Positions 1 to 9,697 of a DNA stretch of 30,942 nucleotides are shown here, in pieces. The notes beneath the pieces are model-generated. The model made no database searches, had not been told where the DNA came from, and saw only the letters and a program-made list of their open reading frames with translations. Numbering within the stretch: position 1 is the first letter of the stretch; the number at the start of each line of letters is the position of its first letter. The translations under genes and the position numbers were made by a program. The DNA lies in the NCBI GenBank assembly GCA_964652335.1, contig CAZZDL010000009.1, positions 1-30,942 on the forward strand, written 5' to 3'. This DNA comes from Candidatus Micrarchaeota archaeon. Lineage in GTDB: Archaea > B1Sed10-29 > WALL01 > WAMD01.

Positions 1-959
1 ATCATTTCCTCTTTACTTAATCCGCCATGGAAAGCCTTGTCGTTCGTTTCTCTGTAAGGAAAATCAAAATAACCATTTGCTAGAACCATTTCGTCTCCAT
101 ATTGAGAGACTAGCCTATGGCTAGGCTTTCCCATTAAAGGCTTAAACTCATCTACGTCAAACGGGATACCAAACTTCTCAAGCTCAGCTTCGTCAATGTC
201 CTGATAAAAGGCAACCCTGCTCCCTCCCACGGGCATACTGCTGGCTGGTTCTAGACGTATTCTATTGCTGGCTTTTACTAATCCGTGGTCAGATCCAACA
301 ATCAGCTTTGTATCTGCTGGCAATAACCCCCATATCTTTTCCACTACTATCCTCGCCCTGTCCATAAAGGAAAGAAGTCTGTTCCTATCATTGTCTCCAT
401 GCAAAAAATCGTCTGGGGAAGCAGAATAAAGAATGTATAAGTCATAGCCAGTAAAATCAATATTCAAAAACTCCTCAATGTTTTCTGCTTTAATCTTATC
501 TGTTCCTTTTGAAGATGCCAAAGTGAAAAGTGTATCTGGGTAGCAAGTAACTAAAGCAGATGATTTTCCTTTCTTCAAAGCCTTTTCAGAAATGCTTTCA
601 AACGGGAAGACCTCCTCGTAGCTTGCGTTCACTGGATTATCGTCCAAATCTCTCCATGGTGGAACTGTTATTATCTTATCTTTGTATCTCATAAACCATT
701 CCACATATCCATGTTCTCCAGGAGGCAGGCCAGACCACAAAGAATAAAAGAATGTTGGAGTGCTTGAAGGAAATGGCGCCCTGAACCTCTGCTTCCTAAA
801 TTCATCCAGCTTAAGATCAATACCTCCTAATCCATCAAAAAGCAAGATTACTACTCTTTCAGAGTCAAAATCCCACGAGGCTATTCTCTTCCCGATCTCC
901 CAAAACGCTGGTATCTCTGAATACTTATCCACTAACTCCAAGACATCTTCTTTCTCCAT
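1..959 (-). CDS. Type I phosphodiesterase / nucleotide pyrophosphatase family protein (alkaline phosphatase superfamily). It is partial because the C-terminus lies beyond the window start.
   Basis: I translated the reverse strand manually from the ATG at 957-959 and found an open frame with no stops down to position 1 (at least 319 aa). Motifs: LLFDGLGG, FPSSTPTFFYSLWSGLPPGEHG (the Thr/Ser nucleophile motif of the PF01663 family) and GSDHG. It lies 10 bp downstream of the glyS stop on the same strand. It is absent from the ORF track because it runs off the edge. Confidence 0.6.
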   Translation of the reverse strand, partial: MEKEDVLELVDKYSEIPAFWEIGKRIASWDFDSERVVILLFDGLGGIDLKLDEFRKQRFRAPFPSSTPTFFYSLWSGLPPGEHGYVEWFMRYKDKIITVPPWRDLDDNPVNASYEEVFPFESISEKALKKGKSSALVTCYPDTLFTLASSKGTDKIKAENIEEFLNIDFTGYDLYILYSASPDDFLHGDNDRNRLLSFMDRARIVVEKIWGLLPADTKLIVGSDHGLVKASNRIRLEPASSMPVGGSRVAFYQDIDEAELEKFGIPFDVDEFKPLMGKPSHRLVSQYGDEMVLANGYFDFPYRETNDKAFHGGLSKEEM

Positions 960-969
960 ACTTATCCTC

Positions 970-2436
970 TCATGATTGAGGGGCTTTCCAGCTACCTATC
1001 AGCTCCCAAATCCTTCCGCAGATCTTATCTACCGGAACTCTCTCCTGTTCAGTGGTATCCCTGTTTCTAATGGTCACTGTATTATCCTCAAGGGTTTGGA
1101 AATCAATCGTAATACCAAATGGAATTCCTATCTCGTCCGCCCTGGCATATCTCCTACCAATGCTTCCAGACTCGTCATAGAATACTTTGTAGTTCATAGA
1201 TCTAAGGAAACTAGCTACCTCTCTTGCCTTTTCAGGAAGCCCGCCCTTGCTAACCAAGGGATAAACACCAACATCATAAGGAGCTAGCTTTGGAGCCAGT
1301 CTCAAAACAGCTTTTCCATCTCTCTCTGAATATGCATTGTCTATTAATGCCAAAACACACCTGTCAACTCCAAATGAAAGTTCAAGTACATGAGGGACAA
1401 ATTTCTTGCCCTGTATGTTCACTGAAAGATCCTCCTTGCTTTCCCTTGCATGACCTGATAGATCATGATCTGTTCTGTAATGGACTCCTGCAACTTCTAT
1501 CCATTTATCAAAACTAGGAAAGTATATTTCCACATCCCAATGATACTTATTGTAAAATGCCTTCTCCTCATTGCTTAACTCTCTCATTCTTAGGTTATCA
1601 CTAAATCCAATATTCTGGAAAAACTGGAACACTTTGGCTAGGTGATATGCATAAAACTTTGGAAGACCCAAATCCTTAATCTTCACCTTTTTGGTCTTTT
1701 CATCTCCTGGTCTCATGGCAGCTATTTCATAATCAGCTATCTCTTCAAATTTGGGATGCTCATCTATCGTATCTGGATTAAAGAATATCTGTAGTTCTGC
1801 CTGAGTAAACTCTCTCATCCTGATAAGTAATTGCCTGGGTGATATCTCATTCCTAAACGCCTTTCCGACAACGCAAAGGCCAAGTGGAAGCCTTTGCCTA
1901 TTGATCCTAAACTCCCTCTTGAAGTTTAGATATGGTGTTTGAGCAGTCTCTGGTCTGAGATATGCCTTATGCTTATCCCCAGCAGGGCCAACATCTACAG
2001 AAAACATCAACTGAAACGCCCCAACACTCTCTAACCTAGATCCACATTTTGGGCATTTCAAGTCATGCTTAGATATTATCTCACTTAATTCCTCTGGAGA
2101 CTTCCCCTCAAACCTCTCCTTAAGCTCTTTCTCCAAAAACTGGTCTGCCCTCTCTTTCCATCCACATTTTACACATTTAATCATTGGGTCCAAAAAATGG
2201 GCAAGATGACCAGAACCCTTGAAAACCGCTTCAGGCAGAATTAAAGAACCTTGCACTTCGTGAACATTTTCAAAGCTAAATGCCCAATTTCTCCAATAAT
2301 CCTCAAACCTTCTCTTTATCTCAGAACCAATAGATCCATACTCATAAAATCCTGCTATGGGCTTGTATATCTCAGCTGTGGGATAAATTACCCCCCTCCT
2401 AACCAACAAATCCTGGATCTTGTCATACCTAGTCAT
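970..2436 (-). CDS. glyS: Glycyl-tRNA synthetase, archaeal/eukaryotic-type class II
   Basis: 488 aa. The N-terminus (MTRYDKIQDLLVRRGVIYPTAEIY..GFYEYGSIGSEIKRRFEDYWRNW) and class II motifs are typical of GlyRS. ATG at 2434-2436 is preceded by GGTGA. Confidence 0.88.
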   Translation of the reverse strand: MTRYDKIQDLLVRRGVIYPTAEIYKPIAGFYEYGSIGSEIKRRFEDYWRNWAFSFENVHEVQGSLILPEAVFKGSGHLAHFLDPMIKCVKCGWKERADQFLEKELKERFEGKSPEELSEIISKHDLKCPKCGSRLESVGAFQLMFSVDVGPAGDKHKAYLRPETAQTPYLNFKREFRINRQRLPLGLCVVGKAFRNEISPRQLLIRMREFTQAELQIFFNPDTIDEHPKFEEIADYEIAAMRPGDEKTKKVKIKDLGLPKFYAYHLAKVFQFFQNIGFSDNLRMRELSNEEKAFYNKYHWDVEIYFPSFDKWIEVAGVHYRTDHDLSGHARESKEDLSVNIQGKKFVPHVLELSFGVDRCVLALIDNAYSERDGKAVLRLAPKLAPYDVGVYPLVSKGGLPEKAREVASFLRSMNYKVFYDESGSIGRRYARADEIGIPFGITIDFQTLEDNTVTIRNRDTTEQERVPVDKICGRIWELIGSWKAPQS

Positions 2437-2444
2437 AGAATCAC

Positions 2445-3515
2445 CTATATATCCCCTGCTCCCTTCATCCTCATAACTATTTCATGCTTGGATAATCCTA
2501 GCTCCTTGGATGCATAGTCCAACATAAACTCCCTAATAATCTCAACATATGCAAAAGCAATCATTCTAGCAGTATCCTTACTAAGCTTAATGTTTGTATC
2601 CAGCTTGATCAAATCAAACCATCTTCTCTTTACCTCTTCCCTTCTTATAAAGTCCAGTGCCTTCTGTGGATCCGATTTTAGCAATGAAACAAACTTTGCC
2701 ATCTCTTCCTCAAGCCTAGTTGAAAACGGTTCATGCAACAAAATCTCCCTTATCTTTAGCCTGTATTCTCTAGTTTCAAAAGCATTAACTCCATACTCAT
2801 TAATCAAATGTGCTTCCTCTTGGAACAGCTGATCAAGTTTCATCTTTGTCTTCTTTCCTTTTTTGGCTTTGGCTATCCTGCCTGACACAACCTTCCAGAT
2901 TATAAGAACCAACACCAAAACTCCAAGCCCTATACCTACCTCCACGTATGGGATAGACAAATAGTAAAAAAACAGTTCATCTGTAGATGGCGTCCATGTT
3001 AACGACTTTCCTATGACAGCTTGATTATTTGCGGGATCCTTTGCAATAAACTCAATGGTATGCTCTCCTGGAGACACTTTAAACCTTAACTGCCAATTGC
3101 CATGGTCGTCTGCATATGTGCTTGCCACCTGCTCTCCATCCAGATACGCAAACACCCTAGTATAACAATGATCTGGATCGCTAAGAAAATCTTTGTATCT
3201 GCCTGTACTCAGCGCCTTGTTACATATAGTCGCGTCCTCGGTTACTCCTTCTGCAATAACGTTCCAATCCTCTTGTTCAATCCTTGTAACATTAATCCAA
3301 GTTGAGTTATCATAACTAATGCTTAGAATCTTACTAGCTTGAATGAGCCTATATGTCTCTGGAACAACAGGTAAATACAATTCTCTCTCAATCCCATGCA
3401 CGTCTAGGAACTTGACAGTAACATTGTAAGCAGGAACCGGAATTAGGTCCTCTATACTAACTGCTAAAGCTACAGAGATAACTAATACGCCTATCAATAG
3501 ATGGCTAAACCTCAT
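2445..3515 (-). CDS. Hypothetical type I membrane protein: signal peptide, an extracellular domain of about 180 aa, one TM helix, and a cytoplasmic helical domain of about 130 aa
   Basis: The N-terminus MRFSHLLIGVLVISVALAVS is signal-peptide-like. The TM helix is LSIPYVEVGIGLGVLVLVLIIWKVV, followed by a basic stretch KAKKGKKTK. Its stop is 9 bp upstream of glyS, so the two are co-oriented and probably co-transcribed. Confidence 0.55.
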   Translation of the reverse strand: MRFSHLLIGVLVISVALAVSIEDLIPVPAYNVTVKFLDVHGIERELYLPVVPETYRLIQASKILSISYDNSTWINVTRIEQEDWNVIAEGVTEDATICNKALSTGRYKDFLSDPDHCYTRVFAYLDGEQVASTYADDHGNWQLRFKVSPGEHTIEFIAKDPANNQAVIGKSLTWTPSTDELFFYYLSIPYVEVGIGLGVLVLVLIIWKVVSGRIAKAKKGKKTKMKLDQLFQEEAHLINEYGVNAFETREYRLKIREILLHEPFSTRLEEEMAKFVSLLKSDPQKALDFIRREEVKRRWFDLIKLDTNIKLSKDTARMIAFAYVEIIREFMLDYASKELGLSKHEIVMRMKGAGDI

Positions 3516-3597
3516 GCTTGGATTTATACATTTGCAATTTTTAAAACAATAATGCAGTTTGGCAAGTTTTATAAACTAGCTATGGATTATATGAAAC

Positions 3598-4140
3598 ATG
3601 TGGCTGGTTATAATTATTGTCGGTATTATATTACTGATAGCTGGATATGTGGTTTGGTTTTACAATAGAGTAATGCAATTGAAAATAGGGATAGAGAACA
3701 CACACAAGCAGATAGAAGTTGCAATGAAGAAAAGGTTTGACATGATCGGGCAACTGATAGATGTAGTGAAGGCTCACATGAAGTTTGAAAAGGGAGTGAT
3801 GATAAAGGTGACGAAATTAAGGGCAATGCCATTAAAGACAATGAACGACATAGACAAAGCTGACGACCTAGCCAAGTCATTGTTTGCAAAAATTGTGGCT
3901 ACTGTTGAAAACTATCCAAACCTAAGAAGCATAGAGGCAGTGAAGGATTTAACTTCATCTATAAGAGATATAGAATCAGAAATAGCGAGACTGAGATACC
4001 TTTACAATGATCAAGTGCAGAAGCTTAACACTACTCTTGTAATATTCCCCAACAATATCCTTGCTAGACTACTTGGGCTAAACAGAGAAGAGTTCCTTAG
4101 ATTCAAGGAAGAGATTGAAAAAGCTCCAAGGTTCAGGTGA
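3598..4140 (+). CDS. lemA: LemA family protein
   Basis: 180 aa with an N-terminal TM helix followed by a LemA (PF04011)-like sequence: YNRVMQLKIGIENTHKQIEVAMKKRFDMIGQLIDVVKAHMKFEKGVM. ATG start. A TATA-like ttttataaa lies about 25 bp upstream, suggesting a leaderless transcript. Confidence 0.8.
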   Translation: MWLVIIIVGIILLIAGYVVWFYNRVMQLKIGIENTHKQIEVAMKKRFDMIGQLIDVVKAHMKFEKGVMIKVTKLRAMPLKTMNDIDKADDLAKSLFAKIVATVENYPNLRSIEAVKDLTSSIRDIESEIARLRYLYNDQVQKLNTTLVIFPNNILARLLGLNREEFLRFKEEIEKAPRFR

Positions 4141-4144
4141 AAAC

Positions 4145-5965
4145 ATGCGATTAGGATTAGTCCTAGTTGCCTTATTGATAATACTAGTGGCTTCCAGCTT
4201 GGCAGCCACTATTGTAGGGTTGCCCATATTGATAATAACTGGAATCCTATTCTTCAAATCACCAAAGAAAAATCTTGAAGAGATAAGAACAAAACTGGAC
4301 TTATCAGAAAACCAGTCTATGTTACTAATCTTGTCTACTCCTATAATCGTATGTTTGGTGCTCTCTGTTCTCTCAGGATTCATGGGTGCATCGCCTAGAT
4401 ATGTTGAGCCATACATACTGAACATAGAAGTAAGAAACGACAGTATTCTAGCAGAGGAAACACTCACATTCCATTTGGTCGGGGATGAAATGAGCACTGA
4501 GATATACAGGCCCTATGTCCCAAGTGAAATTGTTGAAAATATGCGGATACTAGATGTAGATTGTTCAGGAGCAAAAGATATTAATCCTGTTGTGTATGCG
4601 CCTAATAAACTAAACGTGACTAATACGGTACCTACTGTACCTATAAACAAAAAAGTAATTGAAGTGGCATGTAGAAAGAGCATGGGGACATTGAGTAAAG
4701 GAGTATATACTATGCGAATAAAGTATGTCATACAAAAGCCGTATACCTGCCTAGATAGCTTATGCATAGCCAAATGGAAGGTCTTTGAGAATTTTCCTCT
4801 AAAGGTAAAAGACATAACAATTGCATTGGATGATTCAGTTGTTGATTTCTACTCATATCCGTCGGCAAAAAGTATTGGCGGAGTAATGAAGATAAAAGAA
4901 GTAAACAAGAATGAAATGCTTGAAATAAATCTGGTCGTTCCTAGGTCGATCCCAAATCTCCAAGGAATATACCTAGAAACAGGGGAGCCAGATTCTAGTA
5001 TTAAAGCTTACAAAAATCAATATTGGTTCCCAAACATTGTTAGAGAATACAATATATGGATTCCTTTAACCCTTGTTCTGATTGCAGATTTGATCATACT
5101 GCTAATATATGCAAAGATAGGTAAAGAAAAACAGTTTGAGGTTCCTGATATAATCCATTATTTACCAAGTGGAAAGAAGCCATACGAAGTAAACCTATTA
5201 TTCTTTGGAGACCCATATAAGATAAGTGATGATGCAATCTTGGCGACCTTGCTTGACTTAGCAAGGAGAGGTTATATGGAGATACATGAAGGTAAGATAA
5301 AATTCCTAAAACATGATACAAAGGGGTTAGATGAATTTGAGAAGAAGGTATTTAATACATACCTTGAGCTTCTGAAGTTGTCGGGGAAAAAGTCAATATT
5401 GAACTTTGATAAATTAAGAGAGGTAATAGCTAGAACAAAGGACATAAAGAAAGTGGCAGAAATAGCAAAAATGCTTGATGATTTGTACGAAGTCCCGAAT
5501 GTGCCTTACATATTTGACACCACAGGCAGAATACTATCATACGCGATCTATTTTCTTGTAGGTATTGTGGGATTAGTAATTGGGATAATAGCAAACAGCC
5601 TAACCGTGGTCGGTTTAAGTATAGCATGTAGCTTTGCAGGAATTATTGCAATCGCTGCATTTGATTCATACGCTCTAGGAAAATACAAAGGAGAGTATGC
5701 AAAAGAAAGAGAGATATGGAATGCCTTCAGGCGCCTCATAAACAACTATGAACTAGTAGAAAAATACGGTCCAAAAACCCCTGCCTCCTGGACCAAATGG
5801 TTAGTTTATGCAACTGCCTTTGGTGAAGAGGAAAATGTAAAAAGAGTCATGAGAGACAAAGGAATTAAGGCAGTGAATATACATCATCCAGAAATAGACT
5901 TTTTGAATCCAAGCATAATAAAAACTGTTACCTTTGCGAAGATAATGGAAACTCCTCTGGAATGA
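4145..5965 (+). CDS. DUF2207-like multi-pass membrane protein (LemA-associated)
   Basis: Architecture: N-terminal TM helices, an extracellular domain of about 230 aa, a TM helix, a cytoplasmic domain of about 170 aa, two TM helices, and a C-terminal cytoplasmic domain. It sits immediately downstream of lemA. The track ORF starts at TTG 4115; I chose ATG 4145, which is preceded by AGGTGA at 4133-4138. Confidence 0.55.
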   Translation: MRLGLVLVALLIILVASSLAATIVGLPILIITGILFFKSPKKNLEEIRTKLDLSENQSMLLILSTPIIVCLVLSVLSGFMGASPRYVEPYILNIEVRNDSILAEETLTFHLVGDEMSTEIYRPYVPSEIVENMRILDVDCSGAKDINPVVYAPNKLNVTNTVPTVPINKKVIEVACRKSMGTLSKGVYTMRIKYVIQKPYTCLDSLCIAKWKVFENFPLKVKDITIALDDSVVDFYSYPSAKSIGGVMKIKEVNKNEMLEINLVVPRSIPNLQGIYLETGEPDSSIKAYKNQYWFPNIVREYNIWIPLTLVLIADLIILLIYAKIGKEKQFEVPDIIHYLPSGKKPYEVNLLFFGDPYKISDDAILATLLDLARRGYMEIHEGKIKFLKHDTKGLDEFEKKVFNTYLELLKLSGKKSILNFDKLREVIARTKDIKKVAEIAKMLDDLYEVPNVPYIFDTTGRILSYAIYFLVGIVGLVIGIIANSLTVVGLSIACSFAGIIAIAAFDSYALGKYKGEYAKEREIWNAFRRLINNYELVEKYGPKTPASWTKWLVYATAFGEEENVKRVMRDKGIKAVNIHHPEIDFLNPSIIKTVTFAKIMETPLE

Positions 5966-7726
5966 TTAACCTAGTTCCTCTCTAACTATCTTGGCTATTA
6001 ATTTGCCGTCTAGTTTCCCCCTAAGCTCCTTCATGACCTCTCCCATGATTACTGAAAACTTCTTACCTTGTAATTCCTTTCTAGATATTATCCTTCTGAT
6101 AATCTCCCTTGCCTCTTCTTCAGATAACCCCTTGAATCTTTCTAAAGAGGATGGATCCTTTGTTTTTGAAAATGTTAATATTGCATCTGGTAATGCCTCT
6201 TTAGGAATATTGGAACTAAACAAGGTTACCCAATCCTCCTCAGACAATTCTATTTCAAATCCCTCCCTTCTTAATGCTTTCACTGTGTTAGCTAACGTAG
6301 ATGCAACCAGAACAGGATCTGCGTTTGTTTTAGATACTATCCTATCAAATAAGAAAAACTCGCCTGTGTTAACAAGATAACTAGCCAAATCTTTGGATAG
6401 ACCAAGAGACAAAAGCCTTTTTTCAACTTTCTCAGGTGGGTCCGGCACGCTAACTGCATCCCAACGATCCCTTGAAATAAGAATCGGTCTAACGTCTGTT
6501 TCAGGGTACATCCTAGCTGCTCCTGGCATTGGGCGCATATAAGACGAATTGCCGTCTGGCAAAACCTTCCTGACTTCCTCCAGGACACCGTCAAACAATG
6601 CGTTCACTCTATTGACTGCCAGCTCCATAGCGAGCTCTGCGTTCTTGCCAGCTATTAGCATAAACGCGTCATTACGGGAAACATCTAACTCGGATGGGTC
6701 TATATGATACTTTGACAAATCTTCATCAGAGTGAATTATTCCCTTAACTCCTGCCTTTTTTGCATAATCAGCTATCTCTGTTCCAACTCGCCTTCCTGGC
6801 TGAACCTCTATGCCGAGAATGCCAGAAAATCCAGGAAGCACCTGCATGATCACCTTCTTCCCACGGAGGATTTTTGACTTTGAGGAGCTAAATTGGGAAG
6901 AAATATCTATCGGGTCAAGCTTGACTCTTTTCAACTTTCTTCTCTTAATCTCTTTTTTAACTTCTATTAACTTTTTCTGTCTAGATACCTCCCTTCGTAT
7001 AACCTCAGGAAGGAGATCTATGTCTTGAACTCCTTTCAATTCCACCCTAGCCCCACCAGGAATGGATATGTTAACATCTTGCCTAATCGTCCCTAAACCT
7101 CTCTTTACTCTTCCAGTGGACCTAAGAAGCTTTCCTATCCTAAGGGCTATTTCTCTTGCCTCATCTGGGTCTACCCCATCTATGACTCCTGTGGACAATT
7201 CAACAAGAGGGACTCCCAATCTATCCAGCCGATATATGCGAGTGTCTCCTTCAGCTCCCACTATGCCTGCAGATTCTTCCTCTAGATATATAGTAGGTAT
7301 CGTTATCTTTTTACCCTTCCAGTCAAACCATCCATCTCTAGCTATGAGCATAGTCCTCTGGAATCCTGTTGTGTTAGATCCATCTATGACTATCTTCCTC
7401 ATTGGGTGAACTTCCTCCACAGGGTTCGCATTAAATATCTTGGCTATCTGTAATGCAATATCCAATGCTTCATCGTTTAGCTCGTGAGGTGGCTCTTCAT
7501 CCATCTCAACTAAACATGAAACTTCTCTTGGAGCCAGATATTTTATCCTCCTCCCAGACAAGTATTCAAATAATGCTGCCCTGTCAATTCCCCCAGTCTC
7601 GCTGGCAACAGGTCTAAGCCTTCTTATAAATCCGACTTCGTCTACTCCTGTGGACGAATCACAATGACAAAAAAGTTTATGAGTGTCTAGTCTCTGATGG
7701 ATCTCAAACCCTATTTTAAATTCCAT
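5966..7726 (-). CDS. gatE: Glutamyl-tRNA(Gln) amidotransferase subunit E
   Basis: 586 aa. The N-terminus MEFKIGFEIHQRLDTHKLFCHCD is typical of archaeal GatE, as is the overall similarity. ATG at 7724-7726. Confidence 0.85.
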   Translation of the reverse strand: MEFKIGFEIHQRLDTHKLFCHCDSSTGVDEVGFIRRLRPVASETGGIDRAALFEYLSGRRIKYLAPREVSCLVEMDEEPPHELNDEALDIALQIAKIFNANPVEEVHPMRKIVIDGSNTTGFQRTMLIARDGWFDWKGKKITIPTIYLEEESAGIVGAEGDTRIYRLDRLGVPLVELSTGVIDGVDPDEAREIALRIGKLLRSTGRVKRGLGTIRQDVNISIPGGARVELKGVQDIDLLPEVIRREVSRQKKLIEVKKEIKRRKLKRVKLDPIDISSQFSSSKSKILRGKKVIMQVLPGFSGILGIEVQPGRRVGTEIADYAKKAGVKGIIHSDEDLSKYHIDPSELDVSRNDAFMLIAGKNAELAMELAVNRVNALFDGVLEEVRKVLPDGNSSYMRPMPGAARMYPETDVRPILISRDRWDAVSVPDPPEKVEKRLLSLGLSKDLASYLVNTGEFFLFDRIVSKTNADPVLVASTLANTVKALRREGFEIELSEEDWVTLFSSNIPKEALPDAILTFSKTKDPSSLERFKGLSEEEAREIIRRIISRKELQGKKFSVIMGEVMKELRGKLDGKLIAKIVREELG

Positions 7727-7775
7727 AGATGGAAATAACGAATAAGAGAATTTAAAGGTTTTACGATGAGTGCAG

Positions 7776-8324
7776 TCATTCTAATAATTTAACCATCAAG
7801 TCGTCAAGTAAAGAGTATAACTCCTCATAGGTTCCAGAGTTACTTACGTAGAAATCAGCCATTTCAAATACTTCTCCCATCTTTTTATAATTAAAATCTC
7901 TCCTGTCTCTATCCAAAAACTGCTCAAAGCTTTCTCCTGTCTTTAATCTAGAAAACCTAGTTTCAGGCGGGGCAGTGATCATAATAAGATAAAATGCAAC
8001 CTTCCCATTCAATGATGCGGCTTTGTACTTTATGTATTCAACTTCTTGTGGGCTCCTAAAGTTTGGTATAACTATTCTATCACCATTCTCCTCTTCTATT
8101 TCATTCCACAGGCGCTTTGCCAAAACGTCCATTCCTCCTTTCTTCCTCATCTCGTCTCCTAGCTTGGATAAATTTTCCTTTGTGGGTTCTAATCCTCTCT
8201 TTTTACACTCTTTTATCAGGATATCTGTAAAAGAAAACTTCTTAAATCCATAATTATCAACCAAATAATCAGCTAGAGTATCTTTCCCTGCTCCTGCAGG
8301 CCCACAAACTCCTAAAATTATCAT
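7776..8324 (-). CDS. P-loop nucleotide/nucleoside kinase family protein (UPF0200 / dephospho-CoA-kinase-like)
   Basis: 182 aa. Walker A motif GVCGPAGAGKDT at the N-terminus and the small size typical of kinases. A palindromic tttataaa lies about 30 bp upstream of the ATG. Confidence 0.55.
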   Translation of the reverse strand: MIILGVCGPAGAGKDTLADYLVDNYGFKKFSFTDILIKECKKRGLEPTKENLSKLGDEMRKKGGMDVLAKRLWNEIEEENGDRIVIPNFRSPQEVEYIKYKAASLNGKVAFYLIMITAPPETRFSRLKTGESFEQFLDRDRRDFNYKKMGEVFEMADFYVSNSGTYEELYSLLDDLMVKLLE

Positions 8325-8374
8325 GCTTCTGTTAAGAACGAACTAATTTATAAATTTTTAGAATGGGTTGAATG

Positions 8375-9124
8375 TCAGCAGGTAATCTTATCAGGATAGC
8401 CGTGTCCCAAGGTCAGCAAATGCCAAACAGCTAATTTGACATGTCCTACTAATGGAATAACAAATATATCCTTACCTATAACTGCGCCCTCTGGCACTGG
8501 GCTGGAGATACAGCCAGGCCAATTTTTGTCAGCAAGCGTGCATGTGTCTGTCACATTATCAGAAAGCTTTATACACCGTAGATAATTCCCATTAACAACC
8601 CATTCGTCACAATCTATCTTCGCTTGATCAGGAATTGGATTTGCATCTCCTTTTGTTATATAATACTTCTTCCCATCGCTTGTAATAACCTTTGCAATAA
8701 CTCTGTGTATTATCTGTCTTCCAGAAATCGGTGAAATATAAACAATTATGTCCCCGGATTTGGTTACGTTTACCTTATTTGGACTTCCATCTGGAAAAAA
8801 CAACACCCTGGTCTGCTCGTGCCTAGAACTGGGTATTATTTTAAACGTCACATTGGTTGAGTTTAGGTGAACAATGGGTGCATTGACTTCATCAAAACTA
8901 ACTCCTTTCAGAACAACCACATCACCAACATTCAGGACGCCTTTCATTGAACAACTCTGAACAATAACTGCTGGTGGGTTCGCGCCAAGTATTAATGGAG
9001 CAATCCCATAATAAACCAAAGCAGCTATGGCAAATGCAACCAATACATCCACAACCTCTGCCTTCCATCCAGTAAGTGAATACCTTTTCTTTATCCAGTA
9101 TGCAGGATCTAACTTTTCTAACAT
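8375..9124 (-). CDS. Signal peptidase I, archaeal S26B/Sec11 type, with a Cys-containing C-terminal extension
   Basis: N-terminal TM helix; a catalytic Ser in QSCSMKGVL; a conserved His in IIHRV; and an ITKGDAN box. The C-terminal 60 aa contain CIKLS..DTCTLADKNWPGC. AGGAGGG lies upstream of the ATG. It abuts the DUF99 gene with 0 bp between them. Confidence 0.7.
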   Translation of the reverse strand: MLEKLDPAYWIKKRYSLTGWKAEVVDVLVAFAIAALVYYGIAPLILGANPPAVIVQSCSMKGVLNVGDVVVLKGVSFDEVNAPIVHLNSTNVTFKIIPSSRHEQTRVLFFPDGSPNKVNVTKSGDIIVYISPISGRQIIHRVIAKVITSDGKKYYITKGDANPIPDQAKIDCDEWVVNGNYLRCIKLSDNVTDTCTLADKNWPGCISSPVPEGAVIGKDIFVIPLVGHVKLAVWHLLTLGHGYPDKITC

Positions 9125-9697
9125 CTAAGCCCTCCTAACAGATTCGCCAAGGGTCATTGCAGAGGCAACCATATGTGCTATTCTTACACTCTCCGGAATG
9201 TTCCCTGTCTTTATACATTTTTCTATTATAGCTATCGCATCCTTTTTATTTACACCTGCTTTCTGGAAGAATAATCTACCTCTATCCCTTTTTATCTCAA
9301 ATATCCTGCCCGCTCTCTCCATCCTTCTCAGTTTATCCTCATAGTTATCAACATTCTTTATGGCGTCTTTTATTCGTCTCATATCTGGCGGCTTTCTCAA
9401 TAAAACTATTACAGGCATATTTACAGAATCACTCAAAGCCTTTATATCAACAACATTAAACCCTCCAAGAGTAACTCCTTTCAAAAAAACAACTTTAAGT
9501 GTGTCCTTAAACTTTGACTTATCTATCAATTCAGCTAATAACTCAGTGGCGTCATCACCATCCACAGATACACTACTTATAATAAATCCCTCTACAAGAT
9601 CGTTCCCTCTAACAACGCATCCAACCAATGGCACTCTCTCATCAGACTTTCTAAAAAACCCATCGTCAAATCCTATCTGCCTTATTAACTCCTTCAT
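9125..9697 (-). CDS. DUF99 (UPF0215) family protein
   Basis: 190 aa. The N-terminus IGFDDGFF..VPLVGCVVRG is characteristic of DUF99. It overlaps the rpoL stop by 4 nt. Confidence 0.7.
   Translation of the reverse strand: MKELIRQIGFDDGFFRKSDERVPLVGCVVRGNDLVEGFIISSVSVDGDDATELLAELIDKSKFKDTLKVVFLKGVTLGGFNVVDIKALSDSVNMPVIVLLRKPPDMRRIKDAIKNVDNYEDKLRRMERAGRIFEIKRDRGRLFFQKAGVNKKDAIAIIEKCIKTGNIPESVRIAHMVASAMTLGESVRRA

Noticed and set aside
760-975. 71-aa ORF on the plus strand
   Set aside because: It lies entirely antisense to the phosphodiesterase-family ORF, which reads open for 959 nt. Its composition is low-complexity Ser/Leu-rich, so it is a shadow ORF.
4115-4144. TTG start at 4115 overlapping the lemA 3' end
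   Set aside because: An in-frame ATG at 4145 with a well-spaced AGGTGA is a better start. The TTG extension adds only a hydrophilic decapeptide before the first TM helix.
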